Shown: piece after piece, positions 19,567 through 28,695 of the stretch | Position numbering within the stretch: the stretch's first letter is position 1 | Layout of the letters: the number at the start of each line of letters is the position of its first letter | NCBI GenBank assembly: GCA_003599795.1 | Contig: QZJQ01000037.1 | Span: forward strand, 1 to 63,181 | Direction: 5' to 3' | Length of the DNA: 63,181 bases | From: Nitrospiraceae bacterium | GTDB lineage: Bacteria; Nitrospirota; Thermodesulfovibrionia; Thermodesulfovibrionales; UBA1546 | The notes under the pieces: generated by a model | Seen by the model: only the letters and a program-made list of their open reading frames with translations | The model's database searches: none | Told to the model about the DNA's origin: nothing | Program-made: the position numbers and the translations under genes

Positions 19567-20949
19567 ATGGAACTTTTTAAAAAGATACTTATAGCAAACC
19601 GCGGAGAGATTGCAGTAAGGGTAATACACGCCTGCAAGGAACTCGGCATAAAGACAGTAGCCGTATATTCAGATGTGGAAAAAGAAGCCTTGCATGTGAG
19701 GCTTGCGGATGAGGCTGTCTGCATCGGGCCTGCAAATTCTGCCCAGAGCTATCTTAATATTCCCGGAATACTCAGCGCCGCTGAAATAACGGATTCAGAG
19801 GCAGTGCATCCCGGTTATGGTTTTCTATCTGAAAATCCCCATTTTGCAGAGGCGTGCGCCACATCAGGTATAACATTTATCGGCCCTACGCCTGAGAATA
19901 TAAGAGTCGGCGGCGATAAGGCAAAGGCAAGGCAGATGATGAAAAGGCGCGGCATCCCTGTTGTGCCGGGAAGCGACGGCCCTGTTATTTCAGAAGAGCT
20001 TGCCATGAAGGTGGCAAAGAAAATAGGCTTTCCCGTAATTATCAAGGCATCCGCAGGCGGCGGAGGCAGGGGGATGAGAATCGTAAATGAAGAAAGCGCC
20101 CTTGAACAGGCATTTTATATGGCACAAAGAGAAGCTCTTGCCGCATTCGGTAACGGCGAGCTTTATGTTGAACAGTATATCCCTGAGATACGGCACATAG
20201 AAGTTCAGATAGCTGCTGACAGCAAAGGCAACACAGTGCATTTCGGGGAGAGAGACTGTTCAATACAAAGAAGGCATCAGAAACTTATAGAAGAAGCGCC
20301 ATCCCCTGTGTCAACAGAGAAGTTCAGAAAAAAAATCGGAGAGCTTGCTGTAAGGGCGGCAAAGGCCATTAAGTACAGGAACATAGGGACCATGGAATTT
20401 ATCGTGGATATGGAAGGCAATATATATTTCATGGAGATGAATACAAGGATTCAGGTTGAGCATCCTGTCACTGAGATGATCAGCGGCATGGACCTGGTAA
20501 AAGAACAGATAAAACTTGCCGCAGGTTCTTTGATTGAATATAAACAGCACCAGATAAAATTTTACGGCCATGCCATAGAGTGCAGGATAAATGCCGAGGA
20601 CCCGGAGCGCTTTATCCCGAATCCCGGCAAGATTACATTCCTCTCTCTTCCCGGCGGCCCGGGTGTGCGCGTAGACACATCTGTTTACAGCGGATGGACA
20701 GTGCCTTCATATTACGACTCGCTTATAGCAAAGGTTATTGTGCACGGCAGAAACAGGGAAGAGGCCATCTCAAGAATGAAGCGCGCCCTTGATGAATTTA
20801 TTATTGAAGGGATAAAGACAACTATACCTTTTCATAAGAAGGTTTTTTTACAAGCTGACTTTGTGAACGGCGAGTTCAATACAGGGTTTGTTGACAGCAT
20901 TAACGGCTCAGGGCGGCCAGGCCCGGCTCGCAGCGAGGATACGCAATGA
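19567..20949 (+). CDS. accC: Biotin carboxylase
   Basis: 460 aa; [23 protein letters not shown]; ATP-grasp fold. Confidence 0.96.
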   Translation: MELFKKILIANRGEIAVRVIHACKELGIKTVAVYSDVEKEALHVRLADEAVCIGPANSAQSYLNIPGILSAAEITDSEAVHPGYGFLSENPHFAEACATSGITFIGPTPENIRVGGDKAKARQMMKRRGIPVVPGSDGPVISEELAMKVAKKIGFPVIIKASAGGGGRGMRIVNEESALEQAFYMAQREALAAFGNGELYVEQYIPEIRHIEVQIAADSKGNTVHFGERDCSIQRRHQKLIEEAPSPVSTEKFRKKIGELAVRAAKAIKYRNIGTMEFIVDMEGNIYFMEMNTRIQVEHPVTEMISGMDLVKEQIKLAAGSLIEYKQHQIKFYGHAIECRINAEDPERFIPNPGKITFLSLPGGPGVRVDTSVYSGWTVPSYYDSLIAKVIVHGRNREEAISRMKRALDEFIIEGIKTTIPFHKKVFLQADFVNGEFNTGFVDSINGSGRPGPARSEDTQ

Positions 20950-21239
20950 GCAGTAAAGATGACAGGAGAACAAAAAGGGCGCTGGTAACCAAAGATGTGG
21001 TGATAAACGGCGTGATAAGGGCCGAGGCGCTGGATATAAGCATTGACGGCATGTATGTCTATACGCAGTTCAGTTTTATTGCGGGAACGATTTTTGAGAT
21101 AAGTTTTAAAATCGGCGAGGAGAATATCACTGCAATGGCGCGTGTTCAGCATGCCCAGCCCAATGTCGGCATAGGCGTTAAATTTGTTGAGCTTTCTGCT
21201 GAAAACAGCGAGAAGATAAGAAAGTATGTAGAAGGCTGA
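20946..21239 (+). CDS. PilZ domain protein (c-di-GMP effector)
   Basis: RRTKR (RxxxR) and DISIDG (DxSxxG) motifs. The start overlaps the accC stop (ATGA). Confidence 0.8.
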   Translation: MSSKDDRRTKRALVTKDVVINGVIRAEALDISIDGMYVYTQFSFIAGTIFEISFKIGEENITAMARVQHAQPNVGIGVKFVELSAENSEKIRKYVEG

Positions 21240-21319
21240 TGGTTTTGGCCCCTGAAAACCCAGTTGCTAAAATCACCTGATATTTTTTATAATAATAAAA
21301 CGCTTTAAGGAGGATTAAG

Positions 21320-21529
21320 TTGAAGGAAGGGATACATCCTGAATATAAAGAGGTGAAGACGGTTTGTGCCTGCGGTGAGAGTTTTATCACAAGGTCCACG
21401 AACCCTAAGATTCACGTTGATATCTGCTCGGTGTGCCACCCGTTTTTTACCGGAAAGCAGAAGATTCTTGATGCTGAAGGAAGGGTGGAGAAGTTTAAGA
21501 AGAAATACGCAAAAAAGACCAAGAAGTAG
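21320..21529 (+). CDS. rpmE: 50S ribosomal protein L31
   Basis: TTG start after AAGGAGG; [12 protein letters not shown]...CHPFFTGKQ. Confidence 0.94.
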   Translation: MKEGIHPEYKEVKTVCACGESFITRSTNPKIHVDICSVCHPFFTGKQKILDAEGRVEKFKKKYAKKTKK

Positions 21530-21550
21530 ATAGGTTTTAAGGGAATAAAG

Positions 21551-21584
21551 GTCGTCCCGGCAATGTGTCTGGACGGCTTTTTTA
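21551..21584 (+). terminator. Probable intrinsic terminator after rpmE
   Basis: GTCGTCC-(loop)-GGACGGC followed by TTTTTT. Confidence 0.55.
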
Positions 21585-21602
21585 TTGGCAGAAAAAACTA
21601 TT

Positions 21603-21724
21603 GAGGCAGCATTTACTTTCGCTTTTTGCCGAGATTTTTCGACAGTTCTAAGCTCTTTGCGCTATCCCGAACTGTTCGGGATTACCGAAAAATCCCGAAT
21701 GTCGCTCAAGCAAATGCTGCTCTC
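21603..21724. repeat. ~120-nt imperfect long inverted repeat (MITE-like or structured leader)
   Basis: GAGGCAGCATTT...CGAGATTTTTCGACAGTTC pairs with GAACTGTTCGGGATT..CGAAAAATCCCG...AAATGCTGCTCTC. Confidence 0.6.
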
Positions 21725-21748
21725 ATAATAGACATAAGGTGGATTAGA

Positions 21749-22627
21749 ATGAAAAACATAGGCGGGCAGGCGGTAATAGAGGGAGTGATGATGAAGTCCC
21801 CGAAAGGCTGGACAGTGGCTGTAAGAGATACAAAGGGGGATATTCATGTAAAAAGGGAAACACTCTCTGAGTTCCCTAAACTGCTGAAGGTTCCGATGCT
21901 CAGGGGAGTTGCGGCATTGTTCCATGCTCTTTTCCTCGGAGTGAAGGCAATAGAATTCTCTGCAAGCAAGGCATATGATGAAGACGAAAAACCCATGAGC
22001 CCTTTCACTATCAGCCTGACAATGGGCTTTGCCTTTATAATAGGGATTGCGCTTTTTGTGCTGCTTCCGCTGTATGCAACGAAGCTTATCGGCATTGCAA
22101 TTACCCCTGTTTCTGAGAATTCATTTTTATTTAACATTGTTGACGGGATAATAAGAGTTCTTATATTCATGGGTTATGTTGTCGCAATCGGGCTCTGGAA
22201 GGAGATGCGAAGGATATTTGAATATCACGGCGCAGAGCACAAGGTAATACACGCATACGAGGACGGCAAAGAGCTTACTGTGGAAAATGTGAGGCGTTTC
22301 AGCCCTCATCACCCAAGGTGCGGCACGAGTTTTCTTTTGATAGTCATGATAACAAGCATCTTTGTATTTTCTTTTATTCCGCAGTCATGGCTTTTTATTT
22401 ATAAGTTTCTATCAAGGCTTATTCTTATTCCGCTGGTGGCAGGGCTTTCGTATGAGGTTTTAAAGCTTTCTGCGAAGATGAAAGATAATCCGGTTATAAA
22501 CCTTATGATTATGCCGGGGCTTCTTTTGCAGAGGCTCACGGCGCATGACCCTGATGACAGGCAGATAGAAGTTGCCATCACAGCATTAAAAGAGGTTCTT
22601 AAGTTAGAGGCTGAAAATGCTGCTTGA
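21749..22627 (+). CDS. DUF1385 (YqhQ-like) membrane protein
   Basis: [43 protein letters not shown] 21749 follows AAGGTGG. The upstream 41 codons of the ORF cover the inverted repeat. Confidence 0.85.
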   Translation: MKNIGGQAVIEGVMMKSPKGWTVAVRDTKGDIHVKRETLSEFPKLLKVPMLRGVAALFHALFLGVKAIEFSASKAYDEDEKPMSPFTISLTMGFAFIIGIALFVLLPLYATKLIGIAITPVSENSFLFNIVDGIIRVLIFMGYVVAIGLWKEMRRIFEYHGAEHKVIHAYEDGKELTVENVRRFSPHHPRCGTSFLLIVMITSIFVFSFIPQSWLFIYKFLSRLILIPLVAGLSYEVLKLSAKMKDNPVINLMIMPGLLLQRLTAHDPDDRQIEVAITALKEVLKLEAENAA

Positions 22628-23681
22628 AAAACTCCAGACAATAGAAGACAGGTACGAAAAACTGACAGCCCAGATGGCAGACCCGAAGGTCCTGTCTGTG
22701 CCGCAGGAATATCAGAAGTATACAAAGGAGCAGTCTGAACTCCAGTCCCTTGTTGAGAAGATCCGCGAGTATAAAAAACTTTTGACTGATATGGAAGGAG
22801 CTGAAGAAATTCTTAAGGGCGGAGATAACGAGTTCAGGGAGCTTGCGCAGGCAGAGCTTAATGAACTGAAAGAGAAAAAGCCCAAGATAGAAGAAGAACT
22901 TAAAGTAATGCTTCTGCCTAAAGACCCGAGGGATGAAAAAAGCGTAATACTTGAGATACGGGCAGGCACAGGCGGAGAAGAGGCGTCTCTTTTCGCGGCA
23001 AACCTTTTCAGGATGTATTCAAGATACGCTGAGATGAGGAGATGGAAGGTAGAGGTAATTGATTCCAGCCCCACAGGCCTCGGCGGGCTAAAAGAGATAA
23101 TTGCAAATATCGCTGGCAAGGGCGCATACAGCAGGCTGAAATATGAAAGCGGGGTTCACAGAGTGCAGAGGGTGCCTGTGACTGAAGGCTCCGGAAGGAT
23201 TCACACCTCAGCAGCAACAGTTGCGGTTTTGCCTGAGGCTGAAGATGTTGATATAAAGGTGGAAGAAAAAGACCTCAGAATTGATACATTCTGTTCATCA
23301 GGCGCAGGCGGACAGAGCGTAAATACGACCTATTCTGCTGTGAGGATTACCCATGTGCCTACAGGGCTTGTTGTGCAGTGTCAGGATGAGAGGTCTCAGT
23401 TAAAAAACAGGGAAAAGGCAATGAAGGTTTTGCGTTCAAGGCTTCTTGAACTTGAGATAGAGAAGAAAGATAAAGAACGCGCTGCGGACAGAAAGACTCA
23501 GGTCGGCACAGGCGACCGGAGCGAGAGGATACGGACGTACAATTTTCCGCAGAACAGGATGACGGACCACAGGATTGGGCTGACCCTTCACAGGCTGGAG
23601 AGCGTGCTTGAAGGCAATATTGACGAGATAATAGATAACCTTATTGCCCACTATCAGGCAGAGAAGCTGAAGGAGTTATAA
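22617..23681 (+). CDS. prfA: Peptide chain release factor 1
   Basis: PVT tripeptide and SGAGGQSVN (GGQ) motif. Confidence 0.96.
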   Translation: MLLEKLQTIEDRYEKLTAQMADPKVLSVPQEYQKYTKEQSELQSLVEKIREYKKLLTDMEGAEEILKGGDNEFRELAQAELNELKEKKPKIEEELKVMLLPKDPRDEKSVILEIRAGTGGEEASLFAANLFRMYSRYAEMRRWKVEVIDSSPTGLGGLKEIIANIAGKGAYSRLKYESGVHRVQRVPVTEGSGRIHTSAATVAVLPEAEDVDIKVEEKDLRIDTFCSSGAGGQSVNTTYSAVRITHVPTGLVVQCQDERSQLKNREKAMKVLRSRLLELEIEKKDKERAADRKTQVGTGDRSERIRTYNFPQNRMTDHRIGLTLHRLESVLEGNIDEIIDNLIAHYQAEKLKEL

Positions 23682-23690
23682 CTCCGGAAA

Positions 23691-23804
23691 TCACGTGCGG
23701 ACGATTGCCCGTTCCGTGCACTGATTTATTAGACGTTCCTTAAATTTATTTTCATTTAAATGGTCGCTGTCCCCATTTTTCTGCATTTTTCCATTTTGAT
23801 TCAT
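23691..23804 (-). CDS. Possible 37-aa small protein
   Basis: Hand-found: GAAGGAG RBS, 6 nt, then ATG. MNQNGKMQKNGDSDHLNENKFKERLINQCTERAIVRT*. No recognisable family. Confidence 0.25.
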   Translation of the reverse strand: MNQNGKMQKNGDSDHLNENKFKERLINQCTERAIVRT

Positions 23805-23828
23805 GATTGTCTCCTTCGGCGTATTAAT

Positions 23829-24083
23829 TTATTGAATTGTTTTTTCGCTAAATGGACAAGCGACTGTTACATACCGCGAATCAAATGTATCAGATGGCAG
23901 CCCCTTAACAGCATAGCCCCATTTCCCGGCATACCAACCTTGAGCAGTATATTTTGTGAAATGGACTTCGGTAATGCGCCAAATAGTGCCATCAGAAATA
24001 TTTTGAATGCATTCCCCCTCTTTAAATTTGGCGCATCCGAAAAGAGATATGAGAACAATTAAACTCAATAGCGGTATTCGCAT
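23829..24083 (-). CDS. Small lipoprotein, unknown function
   Basis: MRIPLLSLIVLISLFGC lipobox. Confidence 0.55.
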   Translation of the reverse strand: MRIPLLSLIVLISLFGCAKFKEGECIQNISDGTIWRITEVHFTKYTAQGWYAGKWGYAVKGLPSDTFDSRYVTVACPFSEKTIQ

Positions 24084-24220
24084 TTTATTGTCTCCTATTT
24101 ATTTGATGTGTAACAATTACTATGCGAACTGTCGTATTTTCCCCTAAATGCCTAAACTATAGCATATCAGGAGGATTTTAAAAATAGTAAAATCGTACAA
24201 AAACATATTAAAATCACTAA

Positions 24221-25141
24221 ATGACTGCACTCGATAAGATGAAAGAAATAACGGAATTCCTGAAAGGGCTTGGCATTGAGGATGTGCATAAGGAATCGGA
24301 GATTGTCGTGACCCATTGTCTCGGCATAGATAAGACTGTCCTTTACAGGGATAATCCCGTTCTTTCTGAAAAAAATGTAAAAGACATTGACGCTGTTCTT
24401 CAAAGGCGCGCGAAGAGGGAGCCGCTGCAATATATTATTGGCAATGTGGAATTTTGCGGCTTGAAGATAAAGGTTGGGCGGGGCGTTCTTATTCCAAGGC
24501 CTGAGACAGAATTGCTGGCAGAAGAAGTGATAAAGGCAGTTGAGAGTTATAAGTTAAAAGTTAAAAGTGAAAAAGAAATACACAACTCCAAACTCCAAAC
24601 TCCAAACTCCAAACTGCGAGTCCTTGACCTTTGCACAGGAAGCGGGTGCCTTGCGCTTGCAATAGCAAAGAACTTTCCTGATGCCAAGGTATACGGAACT
24701 GACATATCAAAAGATGCAATAAGGTATGCAAATGAGAACGCAGAGCTTAACGCAATAACGAATGTGACATTTCTTAAAGGCTCGCTGTTTGAGCCCTTAA
24801 AACAAATCATCTTTTCCGGCACTCTGTCCTTTAAGTTCGATGTGATTGTCTCAAACCCTCCGTATATCAGAAGCTGCGACATGCCGAATCTTCAGCCTGA
24901 GATAAATAAGTGGGAGCCAAGGAATGCTCTTGACGGCGGCGAGGACGGGCTCAGCTATTACAGGACGATACTTTCAGAGGCGCGCGCATACCTGATGCTC
25001 AGCGGAGTTATCTTTCTTGAAATCGGAGAAGGACAGGCAGAGGAAGTCTCGGAAATCGCCGTGCGGAATTGTTTCCGGAATATCTCTGTTATTAAGGACT
25101 ATTCAGGCATAGAGAGAATAATAGCGGCAAGAGCATTATAG
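24221..25141 (+). CDS. prmC: Release factor glutamine methyltransferase with in-frame repeat insertion
   Basis: IPRPETE, VLDLCTGSGCLALAIA and NPPY motifs. About 20 extra aa sit between the PRPETE helix and the SAM motif. Confidence 0.92.
   Translation: MTALDKMKEITEFLKGLGIEDVHKESEIVVTHCLGIDKTVLYRDNPVLSEKNVKDIDAVLQRRAKREPLQYIIGNVEFCGLKIKVGRGVLIPRPETELLAEEVIKAVESYKLKVKSEKEIHNSKLQTPNSKLRVLDLCTGSGCLALAIAKNFPDAKVYGTDISKDAIRYANENAELNAITNVTFLKGSLFEPLKQIIFSGTLSFKFDVIVSNPPYIRSCDMPNLQPEINKWEPRNALDGGEDGLSYYRTILSEARAYLMLSGVIFLEIGEGQAEEVSEIAVRNCFRNISVIKDYSGIERIIAARAL
24548..24615. repeat. In-frame tandem word array inside prmC: AAGTTAAAAGTTAAAAGTGAAAAAG plus (AACTCCA)x4.6
   Basis: Four perfect AACTCCA copies at 24584-24611. 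The 16-mer AAGTTAAAAGTTAAAA is identical to 4755-4770. Confidence 0.9.
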
Positions 25142-25180
25142 ATTCATAAATTTTTTATATGACAATTCTCTGTGAAATCC

Positions 25181-25210
25181 TTGACTTTGGATTTGGATTT
25201 TAATTAATAT
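25181..25210 (+). promoter_or_regulatory. Candidate sigma70-type promoter for atpB-atpE
   Basis: TTGACT-N18-TAATAT ~30 nt upstream of atpB. Confidence 0.35.
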
Positions 25211-25239
25211 AGCAACGATTTTTTCCACAGGAGGCTTTT

Positions 25240-25935
25240 ATGGCAGCTGGCATGCACGAAGTTCTTTTAATGGATGCAATTATTGATCCCAACAAGATTC
25301 CGCATAATGTTACTTATGCAGTCCTTGCGTCTGTCATACTCATAACATCTGCGCTTGTCATCAGGCGTTCGCTCAGAATGGTGCCGACAGGCTTTCAGAA
25401 TTTCATTGAGGTTGTTGTTGAGGCATTTCTGAAACTATCAGAGGAAAACATAGGCCATCACTGGGGGAAGACCCTGTTCCCTATAATAGGCACTTTGTTT
25501 ATGTTCATACTCGTTTGTAATTTTATGGGGCTTATTCCCGGGTTTGCATCTCCGACAAGCAACATAAACACAAATGCGGCAATGGCAGTCCCCGTGTTTT
25601 TAGCAACACATTATTACGGAATCAAAGTTCATGGGGTTAAATATATAAATCATTTCCTCGGCCCTATCCGTTCCATATTCGCACTGCCGTTGATGATATT
25701 GATGTTTTTTATAGAATTCATAGGACATCTTGTCAGGCCGGTCACCCTCTCTGTCAGGCTTTTCGGGAATATGGTTGCAAAGCATATTATATTAGGCGTT
25801 CTCGCAATGCTTGTCCCGTTGTTTGTTCCGATTCTCATACTCGGACTCGGGACACTGGTCAGCCTTATACAGGCATTTGTCTTTGCCCTTCTGGCTACTT
25901 TATATCTTGCCGGCGCTGTTGAAGAAGGGCATTAA
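25240..25935 (+). CDS. atpB: F0F1 ATP synthase subunit a
   Basis: 231 aa polytopic; conserved LSVRLFGNM with the essential Arg. Confidence 0.93.
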   Translation: MAAGMHEVLLMDAIIDPNKIPHNVTYAVLASVILITSALVIRRSLRMVPTGFQNFIEVVVEAFLKLSEENIGHHWGKTLFPIIGTLFMFILVCNFMGLIPGFASPTSNINTNAAMAVPVFLATHYYGIKVHGVKYINHFLGPIRSIFALPLMILMFFIEFIGHLVRPVTLSVRLFGNMVAKHIILGVLAMLVPLFVPILILGLGTLVSLIQAFVFALLATLYLAGAVEEGH

Positions 25936-25966
25936 ATACGAGTTTCAAAGAAAGGAGGAATAAGCA

Positions 25967-26311
25967 ATGAAAAAAATTATCTCTGTAATTTTAATGACAC
26001 TTGCTCTTGTCTGTTTATTGGCCCCGTTTGTATTTGCAGAAGAGGCGAAGGCAGCGGCTCCGTCAGATTCCAATGTTAAGGCAATGGCTGCTCTTGCCGC
26101 CGGGCTTGCAATAGGCATTGCAGCATTAGGCACAGGCATTGGCCAGGGCATCGGCCTTAGCAAGGCATGTGAAGGCGCAGCAAGAAATCCCGGCGCAGCC
26201 GGAAAGATTCAGCTCCTTCTGATTATCGGCCTTGCAATGATTGAGTCTCTGGCAATCTATGCGCTGCTTGTATCACTCGGCATTCTGATTAACCAGAAAC
26301 TCTTCTTCTAA
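25967..26311 (+). CDS. atpE: F0F1 ATP synthase subunit c with N-terminal signal-like extension
   Basis: GIGQGIG...ARNPG...MIESLAIYALL hairpin core, preceded by ~35 extra aa (MKKIISVILMTLALVCLLAPFVFA...). Confidence 0.9.
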   Translation: MKKIISVILMTLALVCLLAPFVFAEEAKAAAPSDSNVKAMAALAAGLAIGIAALGTGIGQGIGLSKACEGAARNPGAAGKIQLLLIIGLAMIESLAIYALLVSLGILINQKLFF

Positions 26312-26331
26312 AAAAGAAAACTGATTAGCTT

Positions 26332-26359
26332 AAAAGGGGTCGGCTCGACCCCTTTTTTT
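26332..26359. terminator. Bidirectional intrinsic terminator after atpE
   Basis: AAAAGGGGTCG-gct-CGACCCCTTTTTTT. Confidence 0.8.
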
Positions 26360-26765
26360 ATTTTATCTTTGCCCTGTAAAAAGACGACTTGTATTTATCG
26401 GGCTTAAACGGCTTAAGGCGGACGACCTTGCATCCCGGGAGCCTCTCCTGGATTTTTTCCTCTGAAACCCTCTGGTCATAACCGAGGGCAATGACATCAG
26501 GTTTTAAATCTTCAAGTATTTTAAAAATATCTTTATCTGTGTATCCGAGCGAGACCGTGTCAGGAATACCTGTTTTTTCAACGCTTTCCCTGCGCTCATT
26601 TTCATTATGCTCCGGAGGCATGTTCTTTATGCGCCTGACGTTCTCATCGCGGGCAACAATGACGACAAGTTCATCTCCCAGAGCCTTTGCCTGTTTTAAA
26701 AAGTCGGCATGCCCCAGATGAAGATGGTCAAAAGTCCCGGCGCATACTACGCGTTTTTTTTTCAT
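26358..26765 (-). CDS. Cytidylyl/adenylyltransferase-fold protein (RibL/TagD-like)
   Basis: GTFDHLHLGHADFL nucleotidyltransferase HxGH motif; 135 aa. Confidence 0.75.
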   Translation of the reverse strand: MKKKRVVCAGTFDHLHLGHADFLKQAKALGDELVVIVARDENVRRIKNMPPEHNENERRESVEKTGIPDTVSLGYTDKDIFKILEDLKPDVIALGYDQRVSEEKIQERLPGCKVVRLKPFKPDKYKSSFYRAKIK

Positions 26766-26790
26766 AAATATGGCATGGCTTTAATTGACG

Positions 26791-26970
26791 CTATTCAATA
26801 TTAAACGTTGCCACTTCCTTCATGCCCGGAAGATACTGTCCCACAGGAACAAGCTTTTTGTTTTCTTTAACGCAGTCTATGAGGATAACCCAGAGCTGGT
26901 TGAGTTCATTTTTCTCCCGGTCGTTTTCAGGTGTCATCTTTATCAGTGTGCCTTCAAGTTCTATTTTCAT
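26791..26970 (-). CDS. Hypothetical 59-aa protein
   Basis: Hand-found: GGAGGAGCTT then ATG. MKIELEGTLIKMTPENDREKNELNQLWVILIDCVKENKKLVPVGQYLPGMKEVATFNIE*. It lies within the minus-strand operon. Confidence 0.4.
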   Translation of the reverse strand: MKIELEGTLIKMTPENDREKNELNQLWVILIDCVKENKKLVPVGQYLPGMKEVATFNIE

Positions 26971-27034
26971 AAGCTCCTCCTTTTATATTTATGATTTTAC
27001 AATAACGGGTTTGAGGCATTGTGTCAATGCGCAG

Positions 27035-27691
27035 TTACAAAATATCCGGCTTATCGCTTGCGATTCCGTCAACGCCTTTTGCGCGGTATTCCTCAGCCTC
27101 TTCTTTTGTATTGATTGTCCATACTATTACCCTGAGATTTTTCTTATGCGCATCTTCAATGTTTTTTGTATGAGTAAACTTATAAAGGGCCACAAGATAC
27201 TGCGCCTTTAATTTTAAGGCTGAAGCAATGGGGTTTTTGTGCCTTGCATAGATGAGCCCGGTCTCTATCCTGCTGTCCAGTTTTCTGATTTCAGAGAGAG
27301 CCTCTTCATGGAACGAAACAATAATTGCGCGGCCCATGAGTTTTTCTTTTTTTATAATTGCGAGGACTTTTTTTTCATAACCTGTTTCTTTCAACTCAAT
27401 GAGAATCCTCTCAACCTTTGTACCGATGAATTGCAGTGCCTCTTCAAGGGTCGGGATTCTGTTTTCCGTGAGTTGTTTTAGTTCTTTTAATGTTGTTGCA
27501 TTTAACTCAACATCTTTTCCAAAGACCCTTTTCAGGTTATCGTCATGAAAAACAATAAGTTTTTTGTCCTTTGATGCCCTAATGTCAAATTCAATGGCAT
27601 TTACGCCAAGCTCAATAGCCTTCTTAAAGCTCTCAATGGTATTTTCAGTCTCATAAGCCCTTGCTCCTCTATGCCCGACTTTCAGAAGCAT
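27035..27691 (-). CDS. Glycerophosphodiester phosphodiesterase
   Basis: HRGARAYETENTIESFKKAIELGVNAIEFDIR (GDPD). Confidence 0.85.
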   Translation of the reverse strand: MLLKVGHRGARAYETENTIESFKKAIELGVNAIEFDIRASKDKKLIVFHDDNLKRVFGKDVELNATTLKELKQLTENRIPTLEEALQFIGTKVERILIELKETGYEKKVLAIIKKEKLMGRAIIVSFHEEALSEIRKLDSRIETGLIYARHKNPIASALKLKAQYLVALYKFTHTKNIEDAHKKNLRVIVWTINTKEEAEEYRAKGVDGIASDKPDIL

Positions 27692-28670
27692 AATCCTCCT
27701 CCCTTTCTCGCAGAGTTGAGTCTGCGGCTTCTATAAGACCCTGCATTTCTTCTTTTGTTGCCGCATGGAATGCCCTTGTTTTCAGCTTTTTTACCGGCAT
27801 CCCCCTCGTGTACCATCCAAAGAATTTTCTGAAACGCAAGACTCCTCTTTCCTCACCGTGGAATGAGATATTCAGAGCAAGATGTTTTTTCATTGTCTGT
27901 GTTATTTCATAAACATCGGGCCTTAAAGGAGCTGAACCTTTTTTCAGAAGCTCTTCTGTTTCCCTGAATATCCATGGATTGCCGAGAGCGCCTCGCGCTA
28001 CGGCCACGCCGTCACAGCCTGTCTCATCAAAAAGTTTTCTGATTAATTCCGGCGAAAGCGCATCACCACTGGCTATTACAGGTATCTGAACGGACTCTTT
28101 TACCCCTCTTATTATGCCGTAATCTACTTTTCCGCTGTATGCCTGCTGCCTGGTCCTGCCGTGTATAATGACGGCTTTAACTCCGGCATCCTGTGCGCGC
28201 AGCGCATTCTCGGATGCGTTGACAGATAATTCATCCCAGCCGGAGCGTATCTTTACGGTGACAGGCTTATTCGTATTTTCCACGATTATCTTCAGGATTT
28301 TTTGCAGCCTCAGCGGTTCCATAAGAAGCCCTGCGCCTTCGCCCCTTGATATAACCTTGTTTACGGGACACGCTGCGTTGAAATCTATTATATCAAACGC
28401 ATATCCGGATACAATATCAACAGCCCTTCTGATAACATCCGGATCGGCGCCGAGCAACTGGACTCCCAACGGCCTGTCATCAGCTGTCGCAGAAAGGTTT
28501 TTCAGCGTGGCTGCATTTTTTCTTACAAGTGCGCCTGCGCTTATCATCTCCGTAAACGCGAGTTCGCACCCAAACGACCTGTTAGTCATGCGGAAAGGCA
28601 GGTCGCTTATCCCTGCCATTGGAGCAAGCACTAAAGGAGAATTTACCCTTATGTGTCCGATGGAAAGCAT
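27669..28670 (-). CDS. dusB: tRNA-dihydrouridine synthase
   Basis: 333 aa; LAPMAGISDLPFR; Dus TIM barrel. Confidence 0.9.
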   Translation of the reverse strand: MLSIGHIRVNSPLVLAPMAGISDLPFRMTNRSFGCELAFTEMISAGALVRKNAATLKNLSATADDRPLGVQLLGADPDVIRRAVDIVSGYAFDIIDFNAACPVNKVISRGEGAGLLMEPLRLQKILKIIVENTNKPVTVKIRSGWDELSVNASENALRAQDAGVKAVIIHGRTRQQAYSGKVDYGIIRGVKESVQIPVIASGDALSPELIRKLFDETGCDGVAVARGALGNPWIFRETEELLKKGSAPLRPDVYEITQTMKKHLALNISFHGEERGVLRFRKFFGWYTRGMPVKKLKTRAFHAATKEEMQGLIEAADSTLREREEDYASESRA

Positions 28671-28695
28671 GGCTGTTTATTATACATCATACAGA

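Noticed and set aside
21626-21748. 41-codon N-terminal extension of the DUF1385 ORF.
   Set aside because: It covers the long inverted repeat. ATG 21749, with an AAGGTGG RBS, gives the conserved [13 protein letters not shown] start.
22617-23681. Programmed +1 frameshift, as seen in release factor genes.
   Set aside because: That feature belongs to prfB. This gene is prfA (PVT motif) and is a single intact ORF.
23760-24062. 100-aa plus-strand ORF between prfA and prmC.
   Set aside because: It is the antisense shadow of the minus-strand lipoprotein gene (23829-24083), which has a proper signal peptide and lipobox.
26785-27211. Plus-strand ORFs 26785-26994 and 26822-27211.
   Set aside because: They overlap the minus-strand GDPD gene and a minus-strand 59-aa ORF with a strong RBS. 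Their translations are F/S/L-rich nonsense.
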